From positions 342,110 to 406,109 of the forward strand of contig PASR01000011.1 in assembly GCA_002713365.1 (NCBI GenBank): a stretch of 64,000 bases of DNA, written 5' to 3'. This document shows positions 59,018-64,000 of this stretch, piece after piece (position 1 is the first letter of the stretch; each line of letters begins with the position of its first letter). The position numbers were made by a program, and so were the translations under genes. Below the pieces are notes generated by a model, which made no database searches, was not told the DNA's origin, and worked only from the letters and a program-made list of their open reading frames with translations. Origin of the DNA: Rhodospirillaceae bacterium (GTDB lineage Bacteria; Pseudomonadota; Alphaproteobacteria; UBA6615).

Positions 59018-62000
59018 CTGGCAAGCTAGATAGTAAATCAAAAGCTTATACTGAAAGGGTCGCTCCACGTGGATTAATTTCAGTTTTTGCCCGCCATCCC
59101 ACTGCTGCTAATTTATTAATTGCTATTATGTTAATTGCAGGATTAGCAGGTATTTGGCGGATGAATACGCAGTTCTTTCCTGACTTTGGTCTCGATGTAA
59201 TAATGGTAAATGTTAAATGGGAAGGGGCTAGTGCTCAGGATGTAGACCTTTCAATTGTTCAGTCAATTGAATCTGAAACTCGGTTTTTAGATGAAGTAAA
59301 AAATGTTAGATCCACGGCAAAAGAGGGGTCGGCTTCAATTATTATTGAGTTTAATCAGGGCGCTGATATGCAGGCAGCATTGTCAAATGTTGAATCCGCA
59401 GTAAGTCAGGCTACATCGCTTCCAAAAGGCAGTGAGGCTCCAAAAATTCGTCGTATTGTGCGTTATGATACTATAGCTAGGTTAACACTGTCTGGTCCCT
59501 ATACAGAAGAATCATTAAGGTATTTTGCAAAACGAATGCGCAACGAGATGATGAATCTCGGTATAGATCGAGTTACCTTTTCCGGATTAAGAGATCCAGA
59601 AATATGGGTTGAAGTAGATCCATATAAACTAAGGTCAGTGGACTTATCCCTTTCTGATATTGCACAGTCGATATCTAGAGTCTCGCAAGATATTCCATCG
59701 GGAGAAACTGGCACTGGGTCAAAGCAAATTCGAAGTTTGGGACTAAAACAATCTGCGTCTGGTGTTTCTAAAATAGAAATCAAAAATGATGACCAGGGAG
59801 GCAAACTTTATATTTCTGATATTGCTATTGTTCATGAGACATTTAATGATGATCAGGTAACTGTTAGCAGCACCGGACTGCCAGCTATAGAACTTAAAGT
59901 TCAGAGAGCAACAACTGCTGACAGTCTGAAAACCGCTAAAATATTAGATAAATATCTAGAGAGTGCAGGCCCAACTTTACCACCGGACTTAAGCGTAGTT
60001 AAGTACGGTGTTGAAAGTAATCTTGTGAAGGAGAGAATCTGGCTTTTAATTAAGAACGGTTTAGGAGGACTTGTATTAGTAATCCTCATACTATTTTTAT
60101 TTCTTAACGCCAAAGTAGCTCTCTGGGTTGGGGTGGGTATTCCAGCAGCCTTATTGGCCGCCTTGGCTGTTATGGCATTAACTGGGCAATCCATTAATAT
60201 GATTAGTTTGTTTGCTCTAATTCTGGTGCTTGGTATTGTTGTTGATGATGCAATTGTAGTAGGGGAACACGCAGAATTTTTGCACCGCAAAGGACTTTCA
60301 GCACTTGAAGCTGCAGAGACAAGTGCATTAAGAATGTCTGCTCCTGTATTTAGTTCTACCCTAACGACTATTGCTACATTTCTGCCATTATTTTTAATAG
60401 GAGAGGTTATAGGTGCTATAATTATTGCTATTCCTTTAGCAGTTTGTGCCGCATTGTCAGCCAGTTTATTTGAGTGTTTTTTAGCTCTTCCAGGACATAT
60501 GAGGGCTGCCCTATCTTCAACTAAAGAAAAAACATCTGGTATAAGGGTTAGCTTTAATCATGCCTTTGATAAATTTCGTGATGGTCTTTTTCGTAAATGG
60601 ATACAATGGGCAATAAGGTTTCGTTATCTTACTATTTCATTATCAATTTGTGCTCTTCTTTTATCAGTAGGTTTAGTGATAGGCGGAAGAGTTGGATTTA
60701 CTTTTTTCCCTTCGGTAGAGGCAGATGTAGTATTTGCCAATTTTAGACTTGTGCCGGGTAGTGGACGAACAGCGACAGTAACTGCGGTCAATAAAATAGA
60801 ATCAGCGGCTTATATGGTTGAGAAAGAGTTAGGATTTACTCCCAATACTCTAATTGTAAAAACCGTTGCTAAAGTAGGTCGGACTGCTGGAAGGGCTCAG
60901 TCTGCTCAAACTTATGGTGATGAAGTTGGGTCCGTTTTTTTGGAATTAGTACCTGCTGATATACGTGAAGTGAGAACTCAGTTTTTTTTAAATAAGTGGA
61001 AAGAAAAACTACCACTCATTACTGGTATAGAATCATTATCTCTTACACCGGCGCAGGGAGGACCGCCAGGACGTGAATTAGATGTTAGGCTTTCTGGAGG
61101 GCAGCCAGAAGCACTCAAACGCACGGCTATACAAATACGTAACTTATTGGAATCCTATCCTGGAGTGGATTCTATTGATGATGATTTACCTTATGGTAAG
61201 TCTGAGATTGTTATGAAGATTACTGAAAAGGGGAAAGCTCTAGGATATACCACCGAATCAGTTGCTACCCAAGTTAGGCATGCTTATTCAGGGCTTATAG
61301 CAAAACGTTTTGCTCGTGCTGATGATGAGGTTCTTATTCGCGTGCGAGCTAATAAGAAAATGCTCTCCTCACAATCTCTGGGAGATCTTAACCTAAGTTC
61401 TCCTAAAGGTATTAATACCCCTCTATCAGAGGTTGTGGAATTTATTGAAAAAACTGGATTTGCTTTAGTTCGACGAGAAAATGGCCTGCGTCAGGTTTCC
61501 ATTACTGCAGAAATTGATGAAACGCTTACTAGTGGTGGACAAATTATTGATAATCTTACCAGAGATGGAATTTTTTCTATATCCTCATCAGAAGGTCTCA
61601 GCGTTCACTTTTCTGGCAAGGCTGAGGAACAGGCAGAAACATTTGGAGATATGCGTATCGGAGCTATGGTTGGTCTCGTTCTTATGTACCTTGTCCTATC
61701 ATGGGTTTTTGCTAGCTTTACAAGGCCCATAGCTGTCATGGCTATAATCCCGTTTGGTCTTATAGGTGCCGTATTAGGACACTGGATAATGGGTTTTGAT
61801 TTAACGATTTTATCAATGATAAGTTTACTTGGGTTATCAGGTATAGCAGTCAATGATTCCATTGTATTAATAACTACGATAGACAGCCGGATTAAAAGTG
61901 GTGAAGAAATACAAGTGGCTGTTTGTGAAGGCGCGACCGATAGATTAAGAGCAGTAATTTTAACTTCTTTAACAACTATAGGCGGTTTGGCCCCAATGAT

Positions 62001-62166
62001 GTTAGAGACAAGTTTACAAGCACGATTTTTGATCCCAATGGCAACGACCATAGTGTTTGGGCTTCTAGTAGTCACATTGTTAGTACTTTTTTTAGTTCCA
62101 GCTTTGGTAATGGTAGGAAACGATTATAGTAAGATAAGGTCAAAATTCAAAAAGGTGATACTTTAA
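59014..62166 (+). CDS. RND efflux permease (AcrB/AcrD/AcrF family)
   Basis: 1050 aa, AANLL, GIVVDDAIVVGE, G...NDS.VL, R.RAV.LTS.TT..GL.P. Confidence 0.93.
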   Translation: MTGKLDSKSKAYTERVAPRGLISVFARHPTAANLLIAIMLIAGLAGIWRMNTQFFPDFGLDVIMVNVKWEGASAQDVDLSIVQSIESETRFLDEVKNVRSTAKEGSASIIIEFNQGADMQAALSNVESAVSQATSLPKGSEAPKIRRIVRYDTIARLTLSGPYTEESLRYFAKRMRNEMMNLGIDRVTFSGLRDPEIWVEVDPYKLRSVDLSLSDIAQSISRVSQDIPSGETGTGSKQIRSLGLKQSASGVSKIEIKNDDQGGKLYISDIAIVHETFNDDQVTVSSTGLPAIELKVQRATTADSLKTAKILDKYLESAGPTLPPDLSVVKYGVESNLVKERIWLLIKNGLGGLVLVILILFLFLNAKVALWVGVGIPAALLAALAVMALTGQSINMISLFALILVLGIVVDDAIVVGEHAEFLHRKGLSALEAAETSALRMSAPVFSSTLTTIATFLPLFLIGEVIGAIIIAIPLAVCAALSASLFECFLALPGHMRAALSSTKEKTSGIRVSFNHAFDKFRDGLFRKWIQWAIRFRYLTISLSICALLLSVGLVIGGRVGFTFFPSVEADVVFANFRLVPGSGRTATVTAVNKIESAAYMVEKELGFTPNTLIVKTVAKVGRTAGRAQSAQTYGDEVGSVFLELVPADIREVRTQFFLNKWKEKLPLITGIESLSLTPAQGGPPGRELDVRLSGGQPEALKRTAIQIRNLLESYPGVDSIDDDLPYGKSEIVMKITEKGKALGYTTESVATQVRHAYSGLIAKRFARADDEVLIRVRANKKMLSSQSLGDLNLSSPKGINTPLSEVVEFIEKTGFALVRRENGLRQVSITAEIDETLTSGGQIIDNLTRDGIFSISSSEGLSVHFSGKAEEQAETFGDMRIGAMVGLVLMYLVLSWVFASFTRPIAVMAIIPFGLIGAVLGHWIMGFDLTILSMISLLGLSGIAVNDSIVLITTIDSRIKSGEEIQVAVCEGATDRLRAVILTSLTTIGGLAPMMLETSLQARFLIPMATTIVFGLLVVTLLVLFLVPALVMVGNDYSKIRSKFKKVIL

Positions 62167-62406
62167 AATAAAAAAAATTGGGTCTAGGTGTTTTGGTCTT
62201 CATTCAGGTATGCAAAAAACCTAATAATTAAAATTTAATTACTTTTATAAAATTTTATAAGTAATATAGAATTTGTACTTCACATAAGCGGCCAGTAATA
62301 TTAAATATAGAAAGAGAATTGTAATAAGGTTTCGTATTAACGTTTTTTTAATAAATGAAACTTTACAATGGACTTAATTATTAGAAATTGATTGGGAGAT
62401 CACGAT

Positions 62407-62811
62407 ATGTATGCATTTGATCTGGCACATGAACAGGAATTTGATCCAAAACGCCATGTTGAGAAAATACTTGGCACAGATGGTGATGGTGATTTTACCG
62501 TTGCTTGTTGGGAACCAGGCCAGGTAAGCCCAAATCATTGTCATCCTGGAGCCACAGAGATTTACTTTTGTTTTGAAGGTGGCGGTAGTATGTTAACTGC
62601 AGAGGGAGTTACAGAAGTAAAACCAGGATCATTCGTAGTACATCCACCTGGAGAGGTTCATGAATACACTAATGGTCCAACACGCACTCTTCTTTTTCGT
62701 GTTAGGTATGGAGGTGACACGGCGTCTCGTTGTTTAGACTGGCCTACTAATTCTGAATGGCAGGCTAATGATTCTGATATTGAATACTTTGGTGAAAATC
62801 CATCCAGATAA
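62407..62811 (+). CDS. Cupin domain protein
   Basis: WEPGQ.S..HCHP...EIY...G.G...HPPGE.H; GGGAG RBS before ATG at 62407. Confidence 0.85.
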   Translation: MYAFDLAHEQEFDPKRHVEKILGTDGDGDFTVACWEPGQVSPNHCHPGATEIYFCFEGGGSMLTAEGVTEVKPGSFVVHPPGEVHEYTNGPTRTLLFRVRYGGDTASRCLDWPTNSEWQANDSDIEYFGENPSR

Positions 62812-62860
62812 TTTCAATATTTATTACAGCATGGTTGCTCACCTAAACATAAGGTTTATT

Positions 62861-63520
62861 CTATAAGTTCAGCGATATTTCTTGAACTTTTTCTATGTTA
62901 AGGTGAGCACCAGTAGCTGATTGTACCTCTTCTGGCGTGATCCCAGGGGCAATACCTTCTAAGATTAGTTCATTGGCTTCGACTGAGATTACACCCATAT
63001 CAGTATAAATTTTAGATACTACACCTCCGGCTGTTAGAGGGTATGTACGCTCTGCTATAATCTTAGCATCGCCCTCTCGAGTTGTATGTGTCATCATTAC
63101 GTATACCCTTTTAGCACCAGCTGCGATATCCATTGCTCCGCCTACACTTCCTGATTTTTGGTGAGGAAGTCGCCAATTACAAAGGTCACCATTAGCAGCC
63201 ACTTGAAATGCGCCTAATACTGCGCAGTCCAGTCGTCCGCCACGTGCAATGGCAAAAGAATCTGTATGATTTACGTAGGCTCCTCCTGGTATTAAAGTTA
63301 TTAAACCTTTACCAGCGCTAATTAGGTCCAAATCTTCCTCTCCTGGTAGGGGAGGCGGACCCATGCCTACAACACCATTTTCACTATGGAACATCACGTT
63401 GCGTTCTTTGGGAATAAATTCAGGTATAAGAGTGGGCATACCAATTCCTAAATTCACTAGCCAGTTTTCCTGTAAGTCCTTAGCCACGCAGGCTGCTATT
63501 TGGTCTCTACTTAGAAGCAT
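62861..63520 (-). CDS. pcaJ: 3-oxoacid CoA-transferase subunit B (PcaJ-like)
   Basis: VNLGIGMPT, catalytic HSENG, RGG.LD..VLGAFQV, GGAMD; substrate assignment is tentative. Confidence 0.8.
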   Translation of the reverse strand: MLLSRDQIAACVAKDLQENWLVNLGIGMPTLIPEFIPKERNVMFHSENGVVGMGPPPLPGEEDLDLISAGKGLITLIPGGAYVNHTDSFAIARGGRLDCAVLGAFQVAANGDLCNWRLPHQKSGSVGGAMDIAAGAKRVYVMMTHTTREGDAKIIAERTYPLTAGGVVSKIYTDMGVISVEANELILEGIAPGITPEEVQSATGAHLNIEKVQEISLNL

Positions 63521-63552
63521 TTTTTAACCTTAGCTTATTTTCTATAAATTTT

Positions 63553-64000
63553 TTATTTGCCGCCACTGCCAACTTTATACTGACCAGTAACAAAGTAACT
63601 ATCTACAAAAACACCTGGAGTAATAATATTTTCAGGGTCAAGGTTCCCGATGGGGACCTCTTCAGAAACTTCAATAATACTGTGATTTGCAGCCATCACC
63701 ATTATTGGATTAAAATTACGTGCTGATTTGTGGTAAACCAAATTACCTCTTAAATCTGCTTTGTGGGCTTTGATAAGGGCAATGTCTGCTCTCAAAGGTA
63801 ATTCCAAGATATAATCCTTACCATCTATGGTAAGTGCTTTTTTTCCTTCTGCTAGGTCAGTTCCTACGCCGGTCGGAGTTAAAAAACCTCCTAATCCAGC
63901 TCCCGCAGTTCTAATTCTTTCTGCTAGAGTGCCTTGAGGGACTATTTCAAGTGATATTTTACCATTATCATATAACTCTTTGAAAACATATGATTCTTTA
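63553..64000 (-). CDS. pcaI: 3-oxoacid CoA-transferase subunit A (PcaI-like; partial, runs off the right edge)
   Basis: Frame open to the window edge: SYVFKELY...LEIVPQGTLAERIR..GAG.GGF.TPTG.GT...AD..GNL.Y..SARNFNP...TPG.FVD. Confidence 0.8.
   Translation of the reverse strand, partial: KESYVFKELYDNGKISLEIVPQGTLAERIRTAGAGLGGFLTPTGVGTDLAEGKKALTIDGKDYILELPLRADIALIKAHKADLRGNLVYHKSARNFNPIMVMAANHSIIEVSEEVPIGNLDPENIITPGVFVDSYFVTGQYKVGSGGK

Noticed and set aside
57767..62166. RND pump lacking an outer-membrane factor
   Set aside because: Normal; TolC-type channels are usually encoded elsewhere.

Overview
AT-rich bacterial chromosomal window, most consistent with a marine alphaproteobacterium (Rhodospirillales-like). 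This is inferred from the DUF192 / tRNA-Pro / NDUFS4-like / tRNA-Arg order, the form II coxG-SLM-DE-xdhC cluster and the group-3 mrp operon. The left ~32 kb is a dense catabolic region of mostly unknown substrate: a BadH-like SDR, cupins, a 2OG-Fe(II) oxygenase, an FAD monooxygenase, an M24-fold hydrolase, a Rid protein, a BKACE/thiolase/FAH/ACAD/acyl-CoA ligase block and a GldAFG/DUF4340 ABC system. The right half holds a form II Cox molybdoenzyme cluster, an Mrp Na+/H+ antiporter without MrpA, an ATM1-type exporter, TPP-riboswitch-controlled thiXYZ, an AcuC-family deacetylase, two tRNAs, an RND pump and a PcaIJ-like CoA transferase. I saw no mobile element, CRISPR array or rRNA. The most notable signals are: (i) several catabolic enzymes with substituted canonical catalytic residues, suggesting an undescribed pathway; (ii) signs of gene erosion that the ORF track misses, namely two RBS-bearing N-terminal gene stubs, two probable ATT/ATA starts and one premature TGA; (iii) unannotated micro-ORFs downstream of tRNA-Arg, including a 30-aa putative lipoprotein. 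All family calls come from motif recognition by eye; no database searches were run.
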